From positions 1 to 40,263 of the forward strand of contig JAGXNO010000036.1 of assembly GCA_019894975.1 (NCBI GenBank): 40,263 nt of DNA. Reading direction: 5' to 3'. Shown in pieces: positions 22,606-30,798 of this stretch (position 1 is its first letter; every line of letters starts with the position of its first letter). Below the pieces are notes generated by a model, which made no database searches, had not been told where the DNA came from, and saw only the letters and a list, made by a program, of their open reading frames with translations. Origin of the DNA: Promethearchaeota archaeon (lineage in GTDB: Archaea; Asgardarchaeota; Lokiarchaeia; Sigyniarchaeales; SOKP01). A program made the translations under genes and the position numbers.

Positions 22606-22752
22606 GGTAATTATGATGTGAAGTATTAAAAAATTAAAATAGAATGAAAATATAAATATTTAGAATTAAATAAAATTTTTGGTTTATTCTATAAATTTTA
22701 ATAGAGTATATCTAATTTATTAATCAAACTAATATAGTAGACAATTATTACC

Positions 22753-23382
22753 GTGAACAATGAATTTAGTTTTGATGTAAAGAAAAAAAGGCCAGAGGAA
22801 ACCTACGAAAAAGTATTAGATTATTTTAGAGGAGATATCTTAACTCAGTATGCGACTTCTAAAAGCATGATGAGAATTCAACAAAAAATTACATCAAGAG
22901 CTTTAGAATTAATGAATTTTTCAAGGAAGGATCCTTTAATTTTAGATGCAGGTTGTGGTCCTGGATTTGCTTCAATGTATATAAAGGAATTGGGATATAG
23001 AGTCGTGGGGCTTGATATTATTTTAGATTTCTTGCATTATTATGAAATAAAAGGTTTAAATCCTGTTAATGCAGATATGTGCTTAGTTCCTTTTAAATCA
23101 AATATTTTTGATGGAATTATTTCTATTTCGGCATTACAATGGGTATTTAAAGATACTAATGATAATGTAATGAAAACCAATTTTATAAATCTTATAACAT
23201 ATTTTTATTCAATTCTGAGAAACAATTCAAGGGCAGTAATACAATTTTACCCAAAAAACGATGAAATAATGACTACTATTGGCAAAATGATAACAGAAAA
23301 TACAAAATTCACGGGGGAATACATCATTGACAATCCACAGAATCCAAAGAAAAGACGAATATTTCTAGTTCTTGAAAAGTAA
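22753..23382 (+). CDS. Bud23/WBSCR22-like SAM-dependent rRNA guanine-N7 methyltransferase
   Basis: RPEE, IQ...RALEL, ILDAGCGPG, FDGIISISALQW, QFYPKND, DNP...KK..FLVL in the same order as eukaryotic Bud23. Confidence 0.8.
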   Translation: MNNEFSFDVKKKRPEETYEKVLDYFRGDILTQYATSKSMMRIQQKITSRALELMNFSRKDPLILDAGCGPGFASMYIKELGYRVVGLDIILDFLHYYEIKGLNPVNADMCLVPFKSNIFDGIISISALQWVFKDTNDNVMKTNFINLITYFYSILRNNSRAVIQFYPKNDEIMTTIGKMITENTKFTGEYIIDNPQNPKKRRIFLVLEK

Positions 23383-23383
23383 G

Positions 23384-23566
23384 TTCCAAGACACAAGTAA
23401 TAACGAATACTATGCATTATTATCAGATATTTACTTAACATCAACTTTTCCGAAATACATTTTAAATACTATCAAATTAGACTATGATAATAAATCTAAA
23501 GCAGAACAAGTGTTGATAGAATATATTAATGTCCTAGAAAACTCCTATTTAGAAGCAAAATCTTAA
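23384..23566 (+). pseudogene. C-terminal remnant of a third paralogue of the ~370-aa longin/winged-helix protein
   Basis: FQDTSNNEYYALLSD...VLENSY aligns without gaps to the ends of the 34651 (37/55 identical, hand count) and 28088 (30/55) proteins. Confidence 0.85.
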
Positions 23567-23708
23567 TAATTATTAAATTTTTTTTTCAATAATTTTTTTA
23601 CTAATTTTCATCATTTTTGGTTTATTCATATACAAAATATTTTATGTAACTTCTTTTATACTATTGTTAAAATTTATAATAAAATTTACAATTTGTACAG
23701 ATGATTTT

Positions 23709-26700
23709 ATGAAAATACGAAATATATATAAAATTCGATTAAAAAAAGTGTCATTACTCTTAACTATGGTACTATTGATCCTTTTTCCAGCATATTTGAT
23801 AAACCTCTCTAATCTTACAGGGCTTTCAGAGAATTTTAGTGAAGATAGTGGCAAAAACTATGGTTTTAATAATCAACAGGATTTAAAATCAAGTGTATTG
23901 GGCAACGATACATGGTGGGATGCTTCTTTTGGGTATCGAAAATTACTAAAAATCACAAACCCAAATAATTTCAATATTAGTAATTATGGAATATCTGTAA
24001 GTTTTAATTATATGGAATTAGCAGGGAAAATCCAATCTAGCTTAGACGATATTAGAATAGTAGAAAATGGAATTGAACGTAAATATTATGTTGTAAAAGA
24101 TTATCCTTCAACAAGTTTTGCTACAATATATTTTGACACTAATATCTCACAAAGTTCTACGGAATATGATACATACATGTACTTCAATAAAACCGTTGGA
24201 AGCAATGAAGCATCTGGAATTTTAGATAGTTTTGGTTGGGTTAAAAACGGAGATTTTGAATTAGATAATAGTACTGCTCAACATTTTGAACCCTATGGAT
24301 GGACATTCTCTCATGATCAAGTTGACCAAATTCAGGATATAAGTAATGCTAGAGAAGCCGTAAATCATTCAGATACCAGTTATGCGTTTTTTGAAAATAA
24401 CCTAGTCTCGATAGATGATCTTGACCTATCGGCGGAGAGAGTAGAATCAGGATATTATGCTTATAAATGGGGCGGTCTAGGTGATATGCTCCCTCAAATA
24501 TCATGTCAAGACTATGTAGGGACTTTCTATTCTTATCCATTTAAAGTTCCGATAATAGAAGGTGGAGAAATAAGTTTGAATGTTTTTCGCAATGTAAGAA
24601 CCTTTATGTTCGAAGACCCGGCCTCTTCTCTTCCTACTATTTCTGAGGATGGCTATTTTCTAAGGATCTGTAATGGATCAGGTTCAAAATATACAGTTGA
24701 TGTAGATTTACATGAAAATGTAGGAACTGGTTACGATAGTTGGGTGGAGACATACGGAGGTTATGCTTATGTTTCACCAAATCAAAAAACTTTAAAATAT
24801 GAAACTGAATTAAAAGAACACTTTGAAATTGATCCGAGCTTAGATACGATGTCAGGTTCAATTGACGATGGGGACTTAACGGGTTCTATAGAGATTGATC
24901 TTACTGATTATATGGGTGAAGATATATTCATAGAATTTGGTACTTGGGGTCCAGAAGACGGAAGTGGGGATATTTACAAATCAGGATTCTTTCAGGTGGA
25001 TGATATAAGGTTTAATTACACCATATCTGCGGAAATGCAAGAATTACAAACCCAAGTATCAACAGTAGAATTAATAATTAAGGATGTTGATGGAAGGAGT
25101 GTTCCTACAGCAGAAGTTATGATTGTTGATAATACCTACGCTAAAGGATCACCCGAATATATCGTTGCTAGTGGAACAACTTCTAATGGAAGAATCACTT
25201 TCAATGATATTCCTAACGGTTATTATAATATTACTGCTAATTATACACTAGGGTCTATGGAGGCGGAAGTTTTTAATAGCATTGATTCTGGAGAAGGTCC
25301 ATACTATTTCAATGGAATTTCTTATACTCAAAACCTTTATACTGATATATGGACAATAGATTTTGAAATAGTAGATTGGGATGGGATTCCTTTAACTTAT
25401 GGTTATATTGAAGTGAACGATAGTTTAGGTGGGACTTTATTAGAAACTTTAACTCTTGATAGTAACGGTAAAGCGACTTTTCGATGGCTCAATCAACCAA
25501 GTTATTATTATAAAGTTTATTATGATAATGCAGACTATGGTTCTTTTAGCCCAACGTCATTAAATGAGAGCTATATATACAGAAATCAATATGCTCAGAA
25601 TAATGTAAAATTTCGGGAACACACTATCAATTTAAACGAAACTGGTACTGGTAGTTTTTCAATCAGCGAAATAATTTATACAAATGGATCTAAAACTGAA
25701 CTAGGAAATAAGAAAATAATCAACGCCAATATTACTCTTACAGATATGAAAGATTATCTTGAAGATGTTTCAATCTATTATATCGATGAAGATAATTCAA
25801 CTGTTGGAAATCTTCTTTATCAAAGGATCTATAGCACAACAAATATTACTGATGATTATATTGAGCTTGATATCGCACAGATCGATAATGTTAACTTAAG
25901 AAATGATAACTATGAAGCATATGGATTATTAATTGAAGTTAATGGATTTAATAATACACAAAGCAATGGTGAAATTAAGGTAGGTTTAACTGAATCATGT
26001 AATATTTATAACAGAACAGCATTAGCAAGGCTAAACATCCGTGTGGTCGAAAATTTCGGATCTCCAGAATCCCCAGAAGGAGATCCTCGGAGTACTACTA
26101 TCAATGTAATCGACGATTTTACCGGGCAACCGTTAGTTAATTTGTCATCATTTAATGATAGAGATGGAAATGCTTATGGACCAAAAAATGGTTATGAGAC
26201 ACCATTCTGGTTTTTAATCGGTCGGAAATATAATTTTTCTCTAGATATTGGCAATTTAACTGATGCTTATTTTAATATATCGCATGTAGAACCAACGCAA
26301 TGGACTCCAGGAATGACTAAAATCAATGAATATAATTATACACTTCTCGGCAATTCCTCAATTACGTTTAACCTTAGATTAGAAGGGACAGGAGTAAATA
26401 TTACAAATTACGATACTTCATTCAATGCATCCTTCGGAACTACTGAGGTATTTTGGGGAGAAGACCTAAATTTCTGGGCAGAATTTACATCAACATCAGA
26501 TAACTGGCAAACTTGGAATTTTGTTTCAGAGCCTCCAGGAGCCTGTTATTTAAGCATAAAGAGAGCCGGTTCAGAAGATATATTGATCTCAAAGAAGATG
26601 ATATATGTTGGTAACGGCAATTTTTCAGTAATGGTTAATTCAGATCTACTCTCTGCCGGAAATGAAAAAGAATATTACGATTTTGCAATAAACGGGTATC

Positions 26701-28088
26701 ATCCTACATACGACGATCCAACCCCGAGACAATATTTAGTTAAAATAAAGACGGTACCAACAACTATCAGTGCACATGATTATAGCTCTCTTGTAGAAAT
26801 ATCTGATCAGACCTATTCAGCGTATTATAACGAGATCCTTAATATAACTATAAGATATGAAATAAACGAGTCCGGGAATCCACTGGGCAATGCATTATTA
26901 TCTTATAGTTGGATTGGTCTTGCACCTATAGGTTTCTCAGCAGATCCTTTAAATACGGGATATTATACTTTTACTATCGATACTTCGGATGCTCTTACTA
27001 CAGGATTAAAAATAATTAGTATTACAGCCTCATTTGAAAACTATACCACTCAATCCAATTTCTTTGTTTATCTAGATATTCGAGAAAGAATTACAACACT
27101 CAATGGACAGACAGATTTAGTATATTTGAGTCCAAAGATTTGGGTCCAAGATGCGCATTATTTCACATTTACATATGCAGATGATAATACCTTAGATATT
27201 ATCGGAGATTTAAACGTTGCAACCTTTAGTTGGTATGAATTGGATGAATCTGGAAATCGAATCAATGGAAGTCAGGGGACTGGGCAGTTAATTCAACATC
27301 TAAATAATTCATACTATTTAGACTTTAACACTGAAATCAGAGCCGTTGGATTTTATTTCCTTCATGTTACCCTTCAGAAGGAAAATTACCAAGCACGATT
27401 TTCTTATATTAGTTTTGAGATTAAATTAAGAGAATTTGATGTTTCTATAACAGGTTTCGGCAGTAATAATCAGATCAGAGTTGATCAAGGAGATATTGTA
27501 GATGTTGAAGTAAACCTAACAGATCTCAGTCGAGGGGGTGTCGATTTAGAACAAGCACAAGTTAGCTTAAATATTGATGGTGTTGATTATCCCTTTTCGG
27601 AATCTACACCAGGAATATACATTGGAACTATCACCACATCTCAGATTGATACATTTTTCACATCAAAGACACTCGTAGGCAAGATTACGATAGAAATGGA
27701 TAATTTTACATCGCAAGAAATCATTATGACTGTAATTGTTAAAATGGAAGAAATTTTTCCAGGAATGCCAACATTTTACTTTATCCTGATTACAGCATCC
27801 ATAATTGGAGTAGTAGGGAGTATAGTATCATATAGGGTGATTCAGCAGGCAAGAATTCCTAAACATGTTAAAAAAATCCGGAAAATCAAGAGTTATATTA
27901 AATCGAGTAAGAAAATACCAGAAACTATTTCAATTCCAACTAAAGAGGCAATGATGTCAAAATTATTTGGGGATGACTGGAAAGTACTCGGTCTTTCACT
28001 TGATGAAGTCTTAGGAATGGGAGATTTAAAATCTCAGAAATCAGCGAATAAAGACAAGATTAGTAAAGAGGGAGGTGACAAAAACTAA
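23709..28088 (+). CDS. Giant single-pass cell-surface glycoprotein 1 (DUF2341-like domain, CBM-like jelly-roll, beta-sandwich stalk, C-terminal TM and basic tail)
   Basis: Basic/hydrophobic N-terminus (ATG 23709 preferred over track start 23664), WWDASFGYRK...DIRIVEN, NGDFE...VDDIRF, many NxS/T sequons, TM FYFILITASIIGVVGSIVSY, tail QQARIPKHVKKIRK. Confidence 0.75.
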   Translation: MKIRNIYKIRLKKVSLLLTMVLLILFPAYLINLSNLTGLSENFSEDSGKNYGFNNQQDLKSSVLGNDTWWDASFGYRKLLKITNPNNFNISNYGISVSFNYMELAGKIQSSLDDIRIVENGIERKYYVVKDYPSTSFATIYFDTNISQSSTEYDTYMYFNKTVGSNEASGILDSFGWVKNGDFELDNSTAQHFEPYGWTFSHDQVDQIQDISNAREAVNHSDTSYAFFENNLVSIDDLDLSAERVESGYYAYKWGGLGDMLPQISCQDYVGTFYSYPFKVPIIEGGEISLNVFRNVRTFMFEDPASSLPTISEDGYFLRICNGSGSKYTVDVDLHENVGTGYDSWVETYGGYAYVSPNQKTLKYETELKEHFEIDPSLDTMSGSIDDGDLTGSIEIDLTDYMGEDIFIEFGTWGPEDGSGDIYKSGFFQVDDIRFNYTISAEMQELQTQVSTVELIIKDVDGRSVPTAEVMIVDNTYAKGSPEYIVASGTTSNGRITFNDIPNGYYNITANYTLGSMEAEVFNSIDSGEGPYYFNGISYTQNLYTDIWTIDFEIVDWDGIPLTYGYIEVNDSLGGTLLETLTLDSNGKATFRWLNQPSYYYKVYYDNADYGSFSPTSLNESYIYRNQYAQNNVKFREHTINLNETGTGSFSISEIIYTNGSKTELGNKKIINANITLTDMKDYLEDVSIYYIDEDNSTVGNLLYQRIYSTTNITDDYIELDIAQIDNVNLRNDNYEAYGLLIEVNGFNNTQSNGEIKVGLTESCNIYNRTALARLNIRVVENFGSPESPEGDPRSTTINVIDDFTGQPLVNLSSFNDRDGNAYGPKNGYETPFWFLIGRKYNFSLDIGNLTDAYFNISHVEPTQWTPGMTKINEYNYTLLGNSSITFNLRLEGTGVNITNYDTSFNASFGTTEVFWGEDLNFWAEFTSTSDNWQTWNFVSEPPGACYLSIKRAGSEDILISKKMIYVGNGNFSVMVNSDLLSAGNEKEYYDFAINGYHPTYDDPTPRQYLVKIKTVPTTISAHDYSSLVEISDQTYSAYYNEILNITIRYEINESGNPLGNALLSYSWIGLAPIGFSADPLNTGYYTFTIDTSDALTTGLKIISITASFENYTTQSNFFVYLDIRERITTLNGQTDLVYLSPKIWVQDAHYFTFTYADDNTLDIIGDLNVATFSWYELDESGNRINGSQGTGQLIQHLNNSYYLDFNTEIRAVGFYFLHVTLQKENYQARFSYISFEIKLREFDVSITGFGSNNQIRVDQGDIVDVEVNLTDLSRGGVDLEQAQVSLNIDGVDYPFSESTPGIYIGTITTSQIDTFFTSKTLVGKITIEMDNFTSQEIIMTVIVKMEEIFPGMPTFYFILITASIIGVVGSIVSYRVIQQARIPKHVKKIRKIKSYIKSSKKIPETISIPTKEAMMSKLFGDDWKVLGLSLDEVLGMGDLKSQKSANKDKISKEGGDKN
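28071..28078 (+). promoter_or_regulatory. Shine-Dalgarno GGAGGTGA for the translationally coupled 28088 gene
   Basis: Lies within the last codons of the upstream gene, 9 nt before the ATG of a TAATG stop/start overlap. Confidence 0.8.
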
Positions 28089-29200
28089 TGCCAATTGGAT
28101 TATTATTAATGAGGTGGGACGTTAAAGTTAGTACAGAGATTCTTGCAAAATATCCTGATGAACTAGTGATTAGTGAAGAAACGCTAATGCAAATATATGC
28201 TGCTCACGAATATACAGGAGAACCAGGAATGATAAGTTTATTAGTAGGCCCTTTAAATATTGCTTCATATTATACGGGAAGAGAAAAACCTCTCTATATT
28301 ATACTACTTCTGAACTTAGATGAAGATGCAGACGCATATGAAGGGGGATTATCTGACATTTCACGAGTAATTTTTCAAAATTATGAAGATAAAGCATTTT
28401 TAGAAATGATCCCCTTCCTATTCCAAAGATTATCAACATACCCGAATCTAAATATGGAACAATCTTTATCGATTACTTACATTGATGAAGTAAATAGATT
28501 AATTATCAATAGACTGAGAGAAGAAGGCGTAATAACAAAATCAGAATTGAAGATCTGGTTGAAAGACCAATATCGAGAAGGATTTTTCGATGTGGATGCT
28601 ATTTTAATGGAATTGATTAAAAAAGAAATTATCAAAGAAACTTCCGTTAAAGGGATGCCCTCAGAATTGATTTTTCTAATAAATGATATGTTTATGATTC
28701 GAAGGCCACCAATAAAATTGCTCAAAAATCCTTCTGAAAGAGGGCTTCCTGAACAATTTGTTGATGATTATAATGTTGAGGTAAGGAAATTCTTCCAAAA
28801 ATATCGTCCATCCGAAGAAGATAATCTTAAGATTGTTGATGAAATAATTGTAGATCCTCAAGTGTATGAGATTTTAAGATTACTTAGAATTTCAATAGTC
28901 ACAAAAAACACCTTAGAAAAACTAAGAAAAAAAGGGGTTGACGACATTGATGCCGGATTGAAAAAGTTATGGGATAATCAGATGATACATGTTTTTCAGG
29001 ATAACAAGGGAAATGAATACTATGCGTTACTTACAGATTTTCATAGTTCCTTGGTATATCCTAAATATATGTTAAAAATAATCATTCATCAATATGAAGT
29101 AAAATCGAAATCAAATGGTGTTTTGCTAGAATATCTTAATGTACTTGATAATTCCTATAAACCAGTAAAAGCTCAATTAGCAGAAAACAAAGAAGACTAA
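28088..29200 (+). CDS. Longin/uDENN-like + two winged-helix protein (NPRL2-like architecture), copy A
   Basis: GLLLMRWD...TEILAKYP is a uDENN/longin-type start; two winged-helix-like segments; soluble; 44/64 identical to copy B at the N-terminus. Confidence 0.55.
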   Translation: MPIGLLLMRWDVKVSTEILAKYPDELVISEETLMQIYAAHEYTGEPGMISLLVGPLNIASYYTGREKPLYIILLLNLDEDADAYEGGLSDISRVIFQNYEDKAFLEMIPFLFQRLSTYPNLNMEQSLSITYIDEVNRLIINRLREEGVITKSELKIWLKDQYREGFFDVDAILMELIKKEIIKETSVKGMPSELIFLINDMFMIRRPPIKLLKNPSERGLPEQFVDDYNVEVRKFFQKYRPSEEDNLKIVDEIIVDPQVYEILRLLRISIVTKNTLEKLRKKGVDDIDAGLKKLWDNQMIHVFQDNKGNEYYALLTDFHSSLVYPKYMLKIIIHQYEVKSKSNGVLLEYLNVLDNSYKPVKAQLAENKED

Positions 29201-29210
29201 TTAAATTACT

Positions 29211-29233
29211 ATTTTTTCTATTTTTTTTTATTT
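29211..29233 (+). terminator. T-tract archaeal terminator
   Basis: Runs of T directly after the stop, between convergent genes. Confidence 0.5.
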
Positions 29234-29275
29234 AGATTTATACTTCTATTTAATTGCTATAAGACTAATTTTGTT

Positions 29276-30310
29276 TTAATTATCCGTTAAATAACTCTTT
29301 AATTTACTAGCTTTCTCATAGAACTCCTTATAAAGTGCATCATCTCCTAATTCAAGACATATATCAGATATTTTCTCGAAATATTCTGCAGTTTGGGCTA
29401 TATCACCATTTTCCAAACAATCTCTTGCTTTATTAATAAGCTGATCTCTTTCAAATAAGGGTTTTAGTAATGGAGATACATTAGTATTAATTTCTAAAAT
29501 ATCTGCAATAATTTGTATCATCCGTTCTCTGTTTACTGGATCTATTGCCACCATAGAATACGTTTTTACTCCTAAAATTTCTTGAATTTTATCAATATTT
29601 AATGCTTCTGGCAAATCTTGTTTGTTACCAATTACAGCAATATGAGCATATGGGGCATGTTCTTTTATTAATTCAATAAAAAATTTGCTTTTCTCTACAT
29701 TTTCCAAACTTGAGTTGGTTATTATAAGCACAGCATCACTACCAAGAATAAAATCATTCCATAAATAGCTAAATTGCTCCTGTCCCGCGAAATCCCATAA
29801 ATGGAAATAAAGCTTACCAATTTTAACAGTTGAGATTTTTCCAGTGATAGTTGGAATGTGAACAGAAGGGATTTCATCTGCGCAAATTAGATTAGTTGTA
29901 GTTGTTTTACCTACTCCTGAAAACCCAACTAGAGATATTTTTGTTTTAAGATTTCTGTGGATGGTGGCTATAATAGGATTGAGTATTTCCATGAGTATGG
30001 GATCTAAACTCTCCAAACTATCTCCAAAAGTATCTAAAAACTCTTTTTTTAGCTTTTCTAATTCATTCTTTGTCCTTTCGACCTCATCGTTGACATCAGT
30101 TATGAAGATAAACATTAACCTTTCCTCTTCAAGTCGAGAGTATACGATTTTGTACTTAAAGAAATCATAACTATCTAAATTTGTCCCCTTTTTTACCTCT
30201 TCTACAATCTCTGTAATTACTTTTTGGAAATCTTCGACTGAGAGTGATTTTCCAAAATTTTTATTGTACAATATGTTCTCTCCATATAAAATATAAACTT
30301 GTCTTAACAT
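29276..30310 (-). CDS. Longin-domain-fused Ras-superfamily small GTPase with C-terminal helical hairpin
   Basis: N-terminal ~110 aa longin pattern (RQVYIL...ILYNKNF...KYKIVY...LMFIFITD...LEKLKKEF); G1 GFSGVGKT, G2 PT, G3 WDFAGQ, G4 NKQD. Confidence 0.85.
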   Translation of the reverse strand: MLRQVYILYGENILYNKNFGKSLSVEDFQKVITEIVEEVKKGTNLDSYDFFKYKIVYSRLEEERLMFIFITDVNDEVERTKNELEKLKKEFLDTFGDSLESLDPILMEILNPIIATIHRNLKTKISLVGFSGVGKTTTTNLICADEIPSVHIPTITGKISTVKIGKLYFHLWDFAGQEQFSYLWNDFILGSDAVLIITNSSLENVEKSKFFIELIKEHAPYAHIAVIGNKQDLPEALNIDKIQEILGVKTYSMVAIDPVNRERMIQIIADILEINTNVSPLLKPLFERDQLINKARDCLENGDIAQTAEYFEKISDICLELGDDALYKEFYEKASKLKSYLTDN

Positions 30311-30798
30311 TATTTAACACCTTCTTACAGTGAAAAAGTGATTCGAAAGAATTTAATTCTAAACCTAAAAAGTTTGAAATTTTCCTTTGAATCTTCAATC
30401 TAAATCAAAATATTTAAATCTTTAGGAATCAAAGAATGTACGATATTGGAGAGGGAAGTATTTAAATGAAATGCATTAGATTTAAAACTATTTGTTGTAT
30501 CATAATTGCAATAAATGCTGAAATAAGATTTCTTGTTTCATAGTAAGTTTTGTATCCAATATTTTTGATAACAACTCAACTATTAGAGATACTTTTTCCA
30601 TTCAAATACTCCATCTTTTGTGTAAAGATTTTGAGTACCAATTAAAATGAATGAGTAAATCCAACCACAATTCAAAAGAATAGTGTGTAAAATTTTATAT
30701 TGATAAATAAAAAATTAAATACCAAAAATAGTATTATTATTGAAAAGCATTTTTTAAAAAATTAATACAACAAAATAATTTAAACAAAATGATTAAAA

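Noticed and set aside
28068-28088. Shared near-terminal GG in both surface proteins (KEGGDKN*, KGGKE*) as a sorting or conjugation motif
   Set aside because: Explained by the GGAGGT Shine-Dalgarno of the downstream gene
30500-30601. 33-codon minus-strand ORF (MEKVSLIVELLSKILDTKLTMKQEILFQHLLQL) preceded by GGAG
   Set aside because: Length is compatible with chance; no motif or independent support
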